Below, piece by piece: positions 41,635 to 42,037 of a stretch of 42,037 bases of DNA (its first letter is position 1; each line of letters opens with the position of its first letter). The notes below the pieces were generated by a model that worked only from the letters and a program-made list of their open reading frames with translations, had not been told where the DNA came from and searched no databases. The stretch spans positions 1 to 42,037 of the forward strand of contig JAFSRK010000225.1 in the NCBI GenBank assembly GCA_017446165.1. Reading direction: 5' to 3'. Both the position numbers and the translations under genes were made by a program. The stretch comes from Ruminococcus sp. (GTDB lineage: Bacteria > Bacillota > Clostridia > Oscillospirales > Acutalibacteraceae).

Positions 41635-42037
41635 CCTGGGATTCTGTGATTCGCACCGTCCTGACGGCGGTGATCGCCTATCTGATAGGCAGCTTTAACC
41701 CTGCAATTGTGGTAACAAAATTGAAAACCGGCCAGGATATCCGCACCCTCGGCTCGGGCAACGCGGGCTTTACAAATGTTCTGCGTTCTGTCGGCACCGG
41801 TCCCGCGATCATCACGATCGTATGTGACTATCTCAAGGGGATCCTTGCCGTTTTGATCGGCTGGTGGCTGTTTTCGTCCATGCCCATCACCAACGACGTC
41901 GCGCGTATCGAGTACGTCAAGTACGCGGGATATCTCGCGGGTACCTTTGTCATCATCGGTCACTCGTTCCCGATCTTCTACAAGTTCCGCGGCGGCAAGG
42001 GTGTTGTCACGGCGAACGCCTTGATGCTCGTTGTCGA
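41631..42037 (+). CDS. plsY: Glycerol-3-phosphate acyltransferase PlsY (5' part, runs off the window)
   Basis: MTWDSVIRTVLTAVIAYLIGSFN...DIRTLGSGNAGFTNVLR...DYLKG...GHSFPIFYKFRGGKGV. Confidence 0.95.
   Translation, partial: MTWDSVIRTVLTAVIAYLIGSFNPAIVVTKLKTGQDIRTLGSGNAGFTNVLRSVGTGPAIITIVCDYLKGILAVLIGWWLFSSMPITNDVARIEYVKYAGYLAGTFVIIGHSFPIFYKFRGGKGVVTANALMLVV

Overview
Chromosomal window from a Firmicutes (Clostridia) genome. The dockerin type and signal-peptide style suggest a Ruminococcus bromii-like Oscillospiraceae/Acutalibacteraceae organism; this is an inference. Housekeeping blocks lie at both ends: rplU-prp-rpmA-obgE-mrnC-yitT and rpsF-ssb-rpsR on the left, yceD-rpmF, a DUF512 radical SAM gene, der and plsY on the right. 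Between them is a ~32 kb accessory region (about 5.6-37.9 kb). It holds three paralogous cassettes of the same design: giant (~2,070-2,190 aa) secreted modular protein, then an unannotated 47-50 aa peptide with a YxxP leader and acidic core, a U-less GC hairpin, an LRR_5-dockerin protein, and a lipoprotein (cassettes 1 and 2 only). Divergent from cassette 3 is an operon for a PqqD/RRE protein, a soluble Ser-His S24/S26 peptidase, an HprK-like protein with a destroyed P-loop, and an ABC exporter. No lasso cyclase or other recognisable RiPP modifying enzyme is in the window. My best reading is a candidate uncharacterised RiPP-like peptide processing/export system coupled to giant surface proteins. 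Cassettes 1 and 3 also share an upstream 32-bp palindromic box and a structured RNA motif with compensatory base changes. A large serine recombinase, a Bro-N gene and an Rpn-like remnant separate cassettes 1 and 2. All family calls were made by eye from motifs; no database searches were run.
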